Below are positions 38,156 to 47,999 of a stretch of DNA of 64,000 bases, piece by piece. Each line of letters starts with the position of its first letter. Positions within the stretch are counted from its first letter, which is position 1. The DNA is taken from positions 187,278-251,277 of the forward strand of contig JAOZFN010000007.1 of assembly GCA_027492205.1 (NCBI GenBank), read 5' to 3'. A model generated the notes under the pieces. It worked only from the letters and a program-made list of their open reading frames with translations, did not search any database and was not told the origin of the DNA. A program made the position numbers and the translations under genes. The stretch is from Thermoproteota archaeon. GTDB lineage: Archaea > Korarchaeota > Korarchaeia > Korarchaeales > Korarchaeaceae.

Positions 38156-39171
38156 TCTGCCCCCCCGGGGAGCCGGAGCCCGGGCGACTCCTCGTCAAGG
38201 AGGAGGCGGAGCCCGGACCCTACGGCTACCGACCCCGGGAGAGGCCCATCGACATGTACCTGGACTACGGGGCCATCAACCTTGACAAGCCGTCTGGGCC
38301 GACGTCACACGAGGTCACTAAGTGGGTGAGGACCATCCTGGGGTTCCCGGGCAGGGTGGGGCACTGCGGGACCCTAGAGGCCGGTTGAGGCCGGGGAGAC
38401 CCCAAGGTCACTGGCGTGCTTCCCATCCTGCTTGGGAAGGCCACCAGGCTCAGCAGAGTCGTCACCAGGGCTGGGAAGGAGTACGTCGGTGTGCTCTACC
38501 TGCACGGCGAGGTGGGGGACGAGGAACTCCGTAGGGCGCTGGAGATGTTCACGGGACCGATCTATCAGAGGCCCCCCGTCAAGGCGGCCGTCGCGAGGGA
38601 CCTCAGGGTGAGGAGGGTCTGCGAGCTCGAGCTCTTAGAGCGGGAGGGAAGGTACGTCCTCCTCAGGGCGGTCGTCGAGGCGGGAACCTACATCAGGAGG
38701 CTCTTCTACGACATAGGGGAGGTCCTGGGCGTTGGGGGTAGCATGCGAGAACTCCGGAGGGTCAGATCCGGGCCCATGCACGAGAGGGACTCGGTCACCC
38801 TCCAAGAACTCGAGGAGGCGTCGAGGGCTTGGCTAGAGGGGGACGAGGGACCTCTCAGAAGGGTGATCCGGCCCATCGAGGAGGTTTTGAACTACGTTCC
38901 GAGGATCGTGGTCAAGGATACGGCCGTGGCGGCCATAACCCACGGCGACGCCGTCAAGGTGCCCGGAGTCGTCGCCGTCAGCGAGGGCCTGAGGAGGGGG
39001 AGGTTGGCCCTCGCCGTCACCCTCAAGGGTGAGATCATAGCGCTCGTGCGGCCCCTGATGGAGTCCTCGGAGATCCTGGAGGCCGACAGGGGGATCGCGG
39101 CCGAACTCGAGAGGGTGGTCATGCCGAGGGATCTCTACCCGCCCACTTGGAGGGGACGCAAATCGTTATAA
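38152..39171 (+). CDS. cbf5: H/ACA RNA-guided pseudouridine synthase Cbf5; join(38152..38377,38399..39171), 332 aa after splicing
   Basis: INLDKPSGPTSHEV; GHCGTL|DPKVTGVLP restored by removing 21 nt; KEYV, IYQRPP, AGTYIR, ELRR, PUA domain. Confidence 0.93.
38378..38398 (+). other. 21-nt archaeal mRNA intron (bulge-helix-bulge) in cbf5
   Basis: Contains the in-frame TGA; central helix CCCU/GGGG flanked by two AGA bulges; inner stem GGCC/GGCC; excision restores the catalytic Asp codon G|AC. Confidence 0.88.
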
Positions 39172-39196
39172 CCGAGGTTAAAGAGATGCGCGGGGT

Positions 39197-39284
39197 GCCG
39201 GGGTGCCCTAGCCCGGTAGGGGGCGGGCCTGGAGAGCCCGTGGCCCATTGGGCCGCGTGGGTTCAAATCCCACCCCCGGCGCCA
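39197..39284 (+). tRNA. tRNA-Ser (GGA), long variable arm, encoded CCA
   Basis: GCCGGGG acceptor stem pairing with CCCCGGC; anticodon loop CT-GGA-GA; GTTCAAATC T-loop. Confidence 0.95.
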
Positions 39285-39294
39285 CTTCCCTCGT

Positions 39295-39370
39295 GGGCCG
39301 GTGGTCTAGCGGCCATGACGCCGCCCTTACGAGGCGGAGGTCGTGGGTTCGAGTCCCACCCGGCCCACCA
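39295..39370 (+). tRNA. tRNA-Val (TAC), encoded CCA
   Basis: GGGCCGG/CCGGCCC acceptor; CCGCC-CTTACGA-GGCGG anticodon arm; GTTCGAGTC. Confidence 0.96.
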
Positions 39371-39394
39371 CAGCTGCTTTGGGTGCGCTAGCAA

Positions 39395-40942
39395 ATGCCG
39401 CGCGGGGTCCTAGAGGAGGGCGGCTTCTACGACAGAGATCCCAGAGACTACGGTCTCAGGGTGGCCGTCGTCTACCCGGGACCCTACGAGGCCGCCGTGA
39501 ACTCGCTCGGTCACCAGATCGTCTACTACCTAGCTAACTCCGTGCCCGGGGTGATGGCCGAGAGGTTCACGTCGGACTCGGTGGGCTCGGTGGAGAGCGG
39601 GTTGAATTTAAGGGAGTTCAACGTGATCATGGCATCTCTGCACTTCGAGGGGCAGGTTCACACGCTCCTGTCCATGCTGAGGGAGGCGGGAATTCCCCTC
39701 CGCCGGGAGGGGAGAGACACGCCGGTGGTGGTGGGCGGCCCCGTGACCGCCAACCCGCTGCCCCTGGAGGGCTTTGCGGACGCCGTGGCTGTGGGAGACG
39801 GGGAGGAAACCGTCCAGGAGATTCTCCGGATCCTGCTCGAGGGCGGTGGGGTGGAGGGCCTGGGCTCCGTGGAGGGAGTCTACACTCCCGGCGGACGCGC
39901 CAGGTTCAGGCGATCTCCCCTCACCTACCTGCCCGAGGGGCAGATCAGGGCCAGGCTCCCCGACGGCAAACAGAACCCCTTTCTACTCGAACTATCCAGG
40001 GGGTGCTCTCACGGCTGCAGGTTCTGCCTCCTTGGGTGGACCCAGAGGCCGCGGAGGGATAGGCCCCTCGGCCAATTGATGAGTCAAGTAGAGCTGGCCA
40101 GGGAGCTCGGGTTTCGGAAGGTCTACATAATAGGAAGCGACGTCCTCGGACACCCCAAGGCGCTCGACATCCTCCAGAGGGTGATTGATGAGGGGCTCGG
40201 GCTCTCGCTGCCCTCTCTCAGGGCCGACATGGTGACCGCGGAGATGGCCGAGGTTCTGAGGGCCTCGGGCTTGAGAAAGGTGTCCCTCGCTCCGGAGACG
40301 GGGAGCCCCAGGCTCGCGGCCGTCATCAACAAGCGGTCCGTTCTGGAGGAGATCCTGGAGGCCTCCGAGCTGCTGAAGGCGGCTGGGATTCGGGAGCTCA
40401 AACTCTACCTGATGGTCGGCCTCCCAGGGGAGGCGAAGGAGGATCTGAGCGCCACGGCAGAGCTGGCCCGACTCGTTAAGTCCGCCGGCGTGAGGGTCGA
40501 GCTATCCGTGAGTCAGTTTGTGCCGAAGCCCCACACTCCTTTCCAGCTGGCACCCATGGCGCGGCCAGACATCTACCGGAGCGGGGTCAGGTACCTCAGG
40601 GCGAGGGCCGGGGTCAGGGTTAAGGCCGTCCACCCGGGCCGGGCCGCCCTTCAGGGTCTCGTCTCCCTCGCCCCCCGGGGGTCTGGCGCGGCCGTACTGG
40701 AGGCTGCGGAGGGACCTTACAGGCTATCGAACTACTTCCGCGCGTTCGCCAGGTGGGGGCTCGATCCAGAGCGCATCTTGTACGGCTCGCGGGACGCCCC
40801 GTGGAGAGATGTTGTGGACACAGGCGTAAGGGACGAGGCTCTCCAAGCCGAGTCGGAGAGGGCCGAGGCGGGCGTCACCACCCCAAGCTGCGACGAGCTA
40901 TGCTGGGGGTGTGGAGTGTGCCCCCTGAGTCCTCACCCTTAA
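39395..40942 (+). CDS. Radical SAM protein (COG1032 / TIGR03960-like)
   Basis: SRGCSHGCRFC, SLPSLRAD, APETGS.RL, YLMVGLPGE, FVPKPHTPFQ, C-terminal C...CxxCGVC. Confidence 0.88.
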   Translation: MPRGVLEEGGFYDRDPRDYGLRVAVVYPGPYEAAVNSLGHQIVYYLANSVPGVMAERFTSDSVGSVESGLNLREFNVIMASLHFEGQVHTLLSMLREAGIPLRREGRDTPVVVGGPVTANPLPLEGFADAVAVGDGEETVQEILRILLEGGGVEGLGSVEGVYTPGGRARFRRSPLTYLPEGQIRARLPDGKQNPFLLELSRGCSHGCRFCLLGWTQRPRRDRPLGQLMSQVELARELGFRKVYIIGSDVLGHPKALDILQRVIDEGLGLSLPSLRADMVTAEMAEVLRASGLRKVSLAPETGSPRLAAVINKRSVLEEILEASELLKAAGIRELKLYLMVGLPGEAKEDLSATAELARLVKSAGVRVELSVSQFVPKPHTPFQLAPMARPDIYRSGVRYLRARAGVRVKAVHPGRAALQGLVSLAPRGSGAAVLEAAEGPYRLSNYFRAFARWGLDPERILYGSRDAPWRDVVDTGVRDEALQAESERAEAGVTTPSCDELCWGCGVCPLSPHP

Positions 40943-40968
40943 TATGAAGGGCTGTCAGCCCCGCTGGG

Positions 40969-41256
40969 TTGGAGACCATGCCCACCTACGTCTACATAGT
41001 CTTCTACAAGCTCAAGGAGATGTCGGACGAGGAGGAGGAGAGGGCCAGGCGCGAGTGGGAGGAGATGATGGCAGACTGGCCCCCTGAGGTGAGGCTGCTG
41101 GGCGTGTACGACCACGCCTGGGGGACCTCGTACAACGGCTTCCTGATGCTTGAGTGCGACAGCATGGACGCCTACGTCAGGTTCTGGAGGTGGTTCCGCG
41201 ACAAGGTCAGGTGGTACGTCGTGGAGACCCGAACAGTGATCGCGACGAAGAGATGA
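40969..41256 (+). CDS. Small hypothetical protein, probable dimeric alpha+beta barrel (GYD-like)
   Basis: Typical host codon usage; beta-alpha-beta-beta-alpha-beta pattern; TTAATAT box upstream. Confidence 0.65.
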   Translation: METMPTYVYIVFYKLKEMSDEEEERARREWEEMMADWPPEVRLLGVYDHAWGTSYNGFLMLECDSMDAYVRFWRWFRDKVRWYVVETRTVIATKR

Positions 41257-42004
41257 TCGCGTCCACATCTGGGACCCCCTGAGCCAAAGAGAGGAGGATC
41301 GCTTGACCTGCCCAAGCCGCCGCAAACTTGGATAACCTATCGGCCATCTTGCGCAGCTGACTCAAATCCACCTTGAAGCGCGCCCCCTCGCACTCCGTTC
41401 TCAGGAGAAGGAGCCCGCCAGCCGGTGCGGGTCGCACGATCCTTCGGCCGCGCACGGAAAGCTCCAGCGCGAAGCCGACGATTCGCCTGATCATCTCCCA
41501 GCAGAATCTCTCCCCTCGGAAGATCAGAGCCCTAGAGAGTGGAAAGAGGTCCAGCAGGCCAATCTCCGGGAAGGGGGCGTCGCCCTGCCTGCAGAAGGCG
41601 CCCCCTCCCATTGATCTTGCCTCCCCAAGGGCCTGGACCAGTGAGCCTTTTGACGGGACTAGCAGGCTCGGCGAGGAGTACAAGTACACCTTCTCCAGGC
41701 ACCTCAGGTCGCCTGGTCCGCTCAGGCTGCCCAGAGCCCAAGCAGACAAGTCTTCGGGGAGCCGATCGTTCAGCCTGCCTAGGATCGGGTCGCTGGCCGC
41801 CCTGAAGACGACCACGTTGTCGAGCGCCGACGCTCCCCTGTCGGTCCTGCTGGTGACCCTTATTCCACCACGCGGGTCCAGGTACCCCAAGTCGAGAAGT
41901 GCGTCCTCGAGCTCACTCTGCACCGTCCTCAGACCTGGCTGTTTCGTGAAACCGAAGAACCCCGCGCCCAGGTAGGCTATCCGGAGCGCGACCCAGCCGG
42001 TCAC
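41207..42004 (-). CDS. truA: tRNA pseudouridine(38-40) synthase TruA, divergent
   Basis: ALRIAYLG..F.G...QP..RTVQ.ELE.AL, SRTD.G.SA..N, F.WEMIRRIVG, PAPAGGLLL; start set at GTG 42004. Confidence 0.85.
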   Translation of the reverse strand: MTGWVALRIAYLGAGFFGFTKQPGLRTVQSELEDALLDLGYLDPRGGIRVTSRTDRGASALDNVVVFRAASDPILGRLNDRLPEDLSAWALGSLSGPGDLRCLEKVYLYSSPSLLVPSKGSLVQALGEARSMGGGAFCRQGDAPFPEIGLLDLFPLSRALIFRGERFCWEMIRRIVGFALELSVRGRRIVRPAPAGGLLLLRTECEGARFKVDLSQLRKMADRLSKFAAAWAGQAILLSLAQGVPDVDAIISSSRSLFGSPRRTT

Positions 42005-42020
42005 CCTGACCCGCCGTCCC

Positions 42021-43484
42021 GTGGGGAGCATGGATAATATTGCCGCGGGCGTGTATCGCGGCGACCCCGTCTTGAGCCCCGAGTCCGCGCTGAGGGAACT
42101 CGTGGAGGGGATGAAGGAGGAGCTGAGACCAACCCCCTCGGAGAGGGGGCGGGTCAGGGGGGCCATAAGTGAGTCAGTCGCGAGGTTAAGATCCGCCCTG
42201 CGGGATCTGGGCATCCCTGCGGAGCCGGTTCCTGTTGGCTCGGCCGTCAGGGACACCTGGCTCCCGGGCAAGGCGGACATCGACGTATTCCTCCTCTTTC
42301 CACTGGACTACCCCTACGAGGGGCTGGGGCCGGCGGCGCTGGCCGCGGCGGAGAGGGCCTTCGGGGAGTACCGCGTCCGGTATGCCAGTCACCCCTACGC
42401 CGTGGTGACCTTTAGAGGGTTCGAGATCGACGTGGTTCCTGCGTACGCCGTCTCTAGCTACGAGGAGATCAGGTCCCCCGTGGACAGAACCGTTCTCCAC
42501 AACAGGTTCCTCCAGAGGAAGCTCAACGATCGGCTACGGGACGAGATAAGGGTCCTTAAGGCGTTTATGAGGGGCATAGAGGCGTACGGAGCGGAGCTGG
42601 CCATCTCGGGGTTCAGCGGATATCTGACGGAACTCCTGATACTGGCGTACGGCTCTTTCACCAGCCTGGTGGATGAGGCGGCCGGCTGGGGTTCGCGGGT
42701 CGTGCTGGCCCTGGAGGGGGGCGTGCCTGAATGGGTCAGGGAGTCCACGGACCCTCTGATAGTGATAGACCCGGTGGACCCAAGGAGGAACGTGGCCTCC
42801 GCCGTAAGCGAGACGCAGTTCAATAGGTTCAAGGCAGCGTGCAGGGCCCTCTTGAGGAGTCCGAGTAGAGAGTTCTTCGTGGAGAAGGGCCTGCCTCCGG
42901 TCGGCCTAGAGGATGTGAGGGGCGAGCTGAATCGGAGGGGCACTCACCTCCTCCTGATCCTCTTCGACGGGCTTAGGGAAGCGCCGGACACCCTTTGGTC
43001 GCAGGCCATATCGGGGGCTCGGAGGCTCATGAGGTCCCTCGACGAGTGCGGATTCCTGCCTATCCAAGCAAAGGGGTGGACAGACGAGGAGGGGAGGGTG
43101 GCCCTGATAGCCGAGGTTGAGAGGACGGAGCTTTCGAGGATCGTCCGCAGGGTTGGGCCAGAGGTGGGTGGTCCTGGCGAGGGGGACTTCCTGGAGAAGC
43201 ACCTGGGGGCGAGGGACACCCTCGGTGGTCCCTTCATCGAGGGATCTAGGTGGGTGGCTTACAAGCTCAGGAGTCCCGGCGACATCTGGGAGTTCACCAA
43301 GGAATTTCTGGGAGAGAGGGGGCCCCTCCCGAAGATCCTCAGGGCCTCGGCCAGGCGCGCCCGAGTGCTGACCGAGGCCGACCCGGAGTTCCCGGCGTGG
43401 GGGGACCTGCTCCCCGTCATCTGGGAGATGCTTCTCAGGCGCAGGGACTTCTTTGCCCGCTACCTAGCCTCTCCTGAAGGCTGA
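42021..43484 (+). CDS. cca: CCA-adding enzyme (class I); start probably TTG about 42072
   Basis: VGSAVRDTWL...DIDVF, YASHPY, DVVP, VDRT..H, YGAE....GFSGYLTEL, DPVDPRRNVA. Confidence 0.95.
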   Translation: MGSMDNIAAGVYRGDPVLSPESALRELVEGMKEELRPTPSERGRVRGAISESVARLRSALRDLGIPAEPVPVGSAVRDTWLPGKADIDVFLLFPLDYPYEGLGPAALAAAERAFGEYRVRYASHPYAVVTFRGFEIDVVPAYAVSSYEEIRSPVDRTVLHNRFLQRKLNDRLRDEIRVLKAFMRGIEAYGAELAISGFSGYLTELLILAYGSFTSLVDEAAGWGSRVVLALEGGVPEWVRESTDPLIVIDPVDPRRNVASAVSETQFNRFKAACRALLRSPSREFFVEKGLPPVGLEDVRGELNRRGTHLLLILFDGLREAPDTLWSQAISGARRLMRSLDECGFLPIQAKGWTDEEGRVALIAEVERTELSRIVRRVGPEVGGPGEGDFLEKHLGARDTLGGPFIEGSRWVAYKLRSPGDIWEFTKEFLGERGPLPKILRASARRARVLTEADPEFPAWGDLLPVIWEMLLRRRDFFARYLASPEG

Positions 43485-44741
43485 GAGCCCGGGATAGACC
43501 GCGACCGACCCCAGGTCCTCCTCGATCTCCAAGAGCCTGTTGTACTTGGCCACTCGCTCTCCCCTCGCTGGGGCACCCGTCTTGATCTGCCCGGCGTTTA
43601 TCGCGACCGCAAGGTCGGCTATGGCCGAGTCGGTCGTCTCCCCCGATCTGTGGCTCACGATCACCGAGTAGCCGTTGCTCTGAGCCAGTCTAGCCGCCTC
43701 CAGCGCCTCCGTGAGGGTTCCGACCTGGTTTATCTTCCACAGCAGAGAGTTAGCCGCCCCCTTGGAGATCCCGATCTTGAGGCGGCTCACGTTGGTGGTG
43801 AAGTAGTCGTCCCCGACTATCTGGACACGGTCCCCCAGCTCCCTCGTCATCCTAGCCAGGGTCTCGAAGTCCTCCTCATAGAATGGATCCTCCACGCTTA
43901 TGATGGGGTACTCCTCGAGCAGCCTCTCGTAGTAGTCCAGCAGGGCCTCGGTCGACAGCTCTCTGCCGTCTATGGAGTATGTGCCGTCCCTGTAGAAGCT
44001 GCTGGCGGCGGCGTCCAATGCCAAGAAGACCTTCCCGTCGTGGCCCGCCGCCTCTATGGCCGACATGAGGGCGTCAAGGGCCTCCCTGGTCTCCTTCATG
44101 GGTGGAGCGTATCCTCCCTCGTCTCCCAGGTTCTTCGCGCCCTTCCCGTACCGATCAACTAGGATTCGCCCCAGCTCCATGTACACCTCGACGGCCGCGT
44201 AGAGGGCATCGCGGAAGGACTCGAACGCCGCGGGGACTATCATGAACTCTTGGATAGCGAGGTCGTTACCCGCGTGGAGTCCGCCGTTCAAGACGTTCAG
44301 CAGGGGAACTGGGAGAACGTGGGCGTTGGAACCTCCAACGTACCTGTAGAGGGGTACCCTCAGGCCAACGGCCGCGGCCTTGGCGACCGCCACGGAGACG
44401 GAGAGTATCGCGTTCGCCCCGAACCTCGACTTGTCGGGGGTGCCGTCGGCCTCCACCATGGCCAGGTCTATCTCCCGCTGCATCCTCACGTCCCTGCCTA
44501 TCACCACGGCCGCAAGCGGCCCCTCGACGTTGGCGACGGCCCTGAGGACCCCCTTCCCTCCCAACCTCTTCCCGCCGTCTCTCAGCTCAACGGCCTCGTG
44601 AACACCCTTTGAGGCTCCTGAGGGAACGGAAAACGAGCCAACAAAGCCTCCTGAGGTCCTAACCCAGGTCTTAACGGTTGGATTGCCCCTGGAGTCTAGG
44701 ACCTCCATGGACCTCACGTCCTCGATGAGGAACTCTTTCAT
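43464..44741 (-). CDS. eno: Enolase
   Basis: EVLDSRGNPT, VPSGAS.G.HEA.ELRD, GDEGG, VGDD, SHRSGET, QIKTGAPARGER.AKYN; start moved to ATG 44741. Confidence 0.97.
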   Translation of the reverse strand: MKEFLIEDVRSMEVLDSRGNPTVKTWVRTSGGFVGSFSVPSGASKGVHEAVELRDGGKRLGGKGVLRAVANVEGPLAAVVIGRDVRMQREIDLAMVEADGTPDKSRFGANAILSVSVAVAKAAAVGLRVPLYRYVGGSNAHVLPVPLLNVLNGGLHAGNDLAIQEFMIVPAAFESFRDALYAAVEVYMELGRILVDRYGKGAKNLGDEGGYAPPMKETREALDALMSAIEAAGHDGKVFLALDAAASSFYRDGTYSIDGRELSTEALLDYYERLLEEYPIISVEDPFYEEDFETLARMTRELGDRVQIVGDDYFTTNVSRLKIGISKGAANSLLWKINQVGTLTEALEAARLAQSNGYSVIVSHRSGETTDSAIADLAVAINAGQIKTGAPARGERVAKYNRLLEIEEDLGSVAVYPGLSAFRRG

Positions 44742-44981
44742 CGCGACACACCCCCTGACCAGGCGGGCCGCCGGCCCGCTCCGGCCGGATCTCAGGTTCT
44801 GGCTGCGATGCCTTATAGCTCTTCTCAAACTCCACCGGAAGACGTTCCTCAGCCTTGAACGCGACCTCCTAATTACCCTGCTGATTTTCCGGTGGGGAGG
44901 GTGACGGTGAAGGTCCCTCTCTCGGATTGAACGTACCACTGGTTTTATTTCTGGGTCACCCAGGCCAATCGGCGAGCGGCC

Positions 44982-46091
44982 ATGAGCGGGAAGGAGAGTG
45001 AGAAGAAGGAGGAAAAGATTGAGGTCCCCGAGGAGGAGAGGGCCCTCGCATCTCGCATGCTCGAGCGCCTGATCTCCACCCCCACGGTCACGGGGATGGA
45101 GCGGGCCGCCGAGGAGGTTGTTAGGGAGCTTCTGGGGCCCTACGTTGACGAGCTCCGCGTCACGGGGTGGGCCAACTACGTCGGCACAATAAACCCAGAG
45201 GGGAAAAGGTCCGTCATGCTGGTGGCCCACATTGACCAGATAGGCTTCATCGTCAGGGCAATCGATGACAAGGGGTACCTGAAGTTCTCACCCGTCGGAG
45301 GCTGGGATCCAAAGGTCCCCTACGGCTGGAGGGTAAAGGTCCTTACCAAGAAGGGGGCCATCAAGGGAGTCATCGGAACGATCCCGCCTCACCTTATGAA
45401 GAAGGAGCAGAGAGACAAGCCGCCGGAGTTTGAGAACCTCGCCATAGACGTCGGAGCGGAGAGCAAGGAACAGGCGGAGGAGATGGGGGTGAGGATCGGA
45501 GACTACGTGGTCCTCGACGCGCCCTACGACGAGCTGACCAAGTACAGGGTCGTCGGGAGCGGGTTCGACGACAAGTCAGGCGTGGCGACGATCTTCATGG
45601 CCGCCAAGAGGCTGTGGGAGAGGAAGGAAGAGCTGAGGGACGTGAGGGTCCACGTGGTGGCCACGGTCCAAGAGGAGATAGGGCTCAGGGGCGCCTACAT
45701 GATGGGGTACGAGCTGAGGCCCGACGTGGCCCTCGTGGTCGACGTCACCTTCGCGACCTCGCCCGGCCTGCCGCCCGAGAAGGTCAGGGCCGAGCTGGGC
45801 AAGGGCCCGGTGATCTCCATAGGACCCATCTACCACCCGGAGGTGGTCGAGAGGCTCCTGAAGGTCGCGGAGGAGAGGGAGATACCCCACCAGAGGGAGG
45901 CCGACCCCAGGGGAATGGGGACGGACACCTGGGCCATACAGATAGCCCGGGGCGGCGTGAAGACGGCCCTCTCGTCCATCCCCAACAGGTACATGCACAG
46001 CGGTGTCGAGGTCGTGGACCTAAGGGACCTGGTGCTGAACAGCAGGCTCTTGGCCGAGTACGTGCTGGACTGGGCCAAGGAGGGGTCCTGA
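44982..46091 (+). CDS. M42 family (TET-like) aminopeptidase
   Basis: AHIDQIGF, GGWDP, FDDKSG, TVQEEIGLRGA, GTD, RYMHS. Confidence 0.93.
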   Translation: MSGKESEKKEEKIEVPEEERALASRMLERLISTPTVTGMERAAEEVVRELLGPYVDELRVTGWANYVGTINPEGKRSVMLVAHIDQIGFIVRAIDDKGYLKFSPVGGWDPKVPYGWRVKVLTKKGAIKGVIGTIPPHLMKKEQRDKPPEFENLAIDVGAESKEQAEEMGVRIGDYVVLDAPYDELTKYRVVGSGFDDKSGVATIFMAAKRLWERKEELRDVRVHVVATVQEEIGLRGAYMMGYELRPDVALVVDVTFATSPGLPPEKVRAELGKGPVISIGPIYHPEVVERLLKVAEEREIPHQREADPRGMGTDTWAIQIARGGVKTALSSIPNRYMHSGVEVVDLRDLVLNSRLLAEYVLDWAKEGS

Positions 46092-46099
46092 GGGCTGTC

Positions 46100-46465
46100 T
46101 CAGCAGGTGACGTGGAAGAGGGCCGCCACCCTCCTCCCCTCTTTCACGAGCCTATTGTACTCCCGCAGAGCCTCACCCGTTCTCTTCGCGATCAGCTCCG
46201 CACCCAGCTTCCTGGCCGCCTCCTCGACGCCGACCAGTGGGAGCGCCCCGAACTGTCCGGTTCCCACCACGATCACCTCGGGCCTGTAGTCCCTGAAGTA
46301 GGCGAGGATCTCGTCGCCCGTAAGCGGGGTGTGGCCGAACCTCGACCTGAGGGACTTGGAGAACTCCTTCCTCCTGGGGCGAACCTCGTCGGTCAGGACG
46401 ACGTCGTGCCTGTACCGCTTGCCGTCTATCACTATGTAGCCGAAGCCCGTGGACTCCGCGCGCAT
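46100..46465 (-). CDS. Mth938-like (DUF498) protein
   Basis: FGYIVIDGK.Y.HD, PEVIVVGTGQ.G, T.EA...YN, FHVTC. Confidence 0.88.
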   Translation of the reverse strand: MRAESTGFGYIVIDGKRYRHDVVLTDEVRPRRKEFSKSLRSRFGHTPLTGDEILAYFRDYRPEVIVVGTGQFGALPLVGVEEAARKLGAELIAKRTGEALREYNRLVKEGRRVAALFHVTC

Positions 46466-46516
46466 TGTCCAAGATATTTTACACACGCACCTTTAATAGC
46501 AGCTTCGACTCGCCCC

Positions 46517-47999
46517 CTATCCCCCGCGGGCCGATCGCATCGCCCAGATGAGGAGGACAGCCACAGCTAACAGGGTCGCCATTAGTAAAGCGACCGATCG
46601 GGTGAGGCCACCCAGCATGGTACCGGATTTGGATCTCCACAAGGGACGAAGCCCCACTTCCGACAAGTTCTCCGGAGCCCAGAGGTAGTAGAGGTCCGAT
46701 CGGGGGGAGAAGTACCTAAGTCTGGCTTCGCAGGGAAGACATCCAGCGAGACGGGGTGCAGGCCACTAGAGCAGAGGGCCGCGTCGCAGCCTAAAACAGC
46801 CTCGATTTCGGCCGAATCCCACGATATGATCCCTTCTGAGATTATCTTCGGCCTGCGTCCTGGGTGTGCAAACGCCACGGCGTGAACTCGGCCCTCATCG
46901 ATGGAGACACCCAAAACGACGGCATCCTCTATAAGAAGCGACTTGAACCCTTTGAAACTGGTCGGCGTGGTTAGCATGCGGGTCTCGGCGGCCTCCGCGC
47001 TAGGAAGTTGAATGAACGCCGCCCTCTCCCGATGGATCGCCATCTCGATCATCGAGCCCGAAGGGCCCACCTGCGCCCGGAGGGGTCTCCCGGCCCTATC
47101 CAAGGCCAGGGCGAGGGATCTGGGGTCTCCTCCTGACAGCCAAGCGCTTCCCGCTGAGAGAACCAGTGAGTTCTCCGCGGCGGAGATGACCGACAAATTG
47201 ACCGACCACTCGCCCTTGAGAATGCCTTCGGGAGCGGTGACCTCGTAACGTCCCCCGCCCGTGGAGCAGATCGCAGGCAGCACAAAGCATGTCACCTGAG
47301 CCTCCGGTAGACCAGCAGGCCACTCAGAGGTGGAGGAGTCAAACGATAGGACGAAGGAACTGACGAGGTCGTTGCCCCACTCCGAGGTGCCAGAGACGTA
47401 TATTTTCCCCTGGGCAGAGCCGACCGAAGTCGCAGCGTCTCTCGCAGGGGTGTCAAAGGCCCACGCGCCTAAAACCCCCCGCCAGCGTCGACTAGGAGCA
47501 CCAGCGCGCTTTCGTTGACCCCATAGCCACAGCTACCAGACACCACCAGAATACCATCTTAAAAGGTGGAAGACCGCAAATTCGCCTCAGATACTGCCTT
47601 AATCCATTTTAGGCTTCCATCCCATCCTAGATGAATTATTAAGGACTGATAAGTCTCGTAGGCGTTACCAATAATGAATACGCCATCTGCGCTGAGGGAC
47701 AGCGAGGTCGGGACGAGGCCTCCTCTGATGGATATCTGCCTAGACTACATCAATCGACCCTCAGAGTCAAAGCAAGCAACTACTGCCTCAGGACGAACTT
47801 CCACATACTCTTTCAAAAGAACACAGGTAGAACCTTGAAAGAACTCAGCCCCTACAGGGACAGTTCTTGCATCCAACTCCCGAGCCGTTTTTGACGAGAC
47901 CGACATAGCCGCTGATCCGAGCAAAATGACGGATAGTATGATTGAAATCCTTAGTTTTCTTCCTGGATTTCTCCCAAGGATTACTAACCTCTCCAGCAC
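46517..47999 (-). pseudogene. Decayed membrane-anchored, probably beta-propeller surface protein
   Basis: Signal peptide ORF (47745-47999) reads on in frame through TAG 47745-47 and TAA 47559-61. Frameshifts at homopolymers near 47475 and 46705 join it to 46582..47295 and to a C-terminal TM helix ending at TAG 46517. Confidence 0.7.

Noticed and set aside
38386-38388. Selenocysteine/readthrough or pseudogene reading of the TGA in cbf5
   Set aside because: Readthrough would leave 7 extra residues inside the GTLD catalytic motif; BHB intron removal restores it exactly
44742-45230. 163-aa N-terminal extension of enolase in the ORF track
   Set aside because: It overlaps the divergent M42 gene; enolase homology starts at ATG 44741 after an SD-like tract
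47745-47747. Pyrrolysine readthrough of TAG in the island genes
   Set aside because: The same gene also has a TAA and two frameshifts, and the TAG replaces an expected Trp codon
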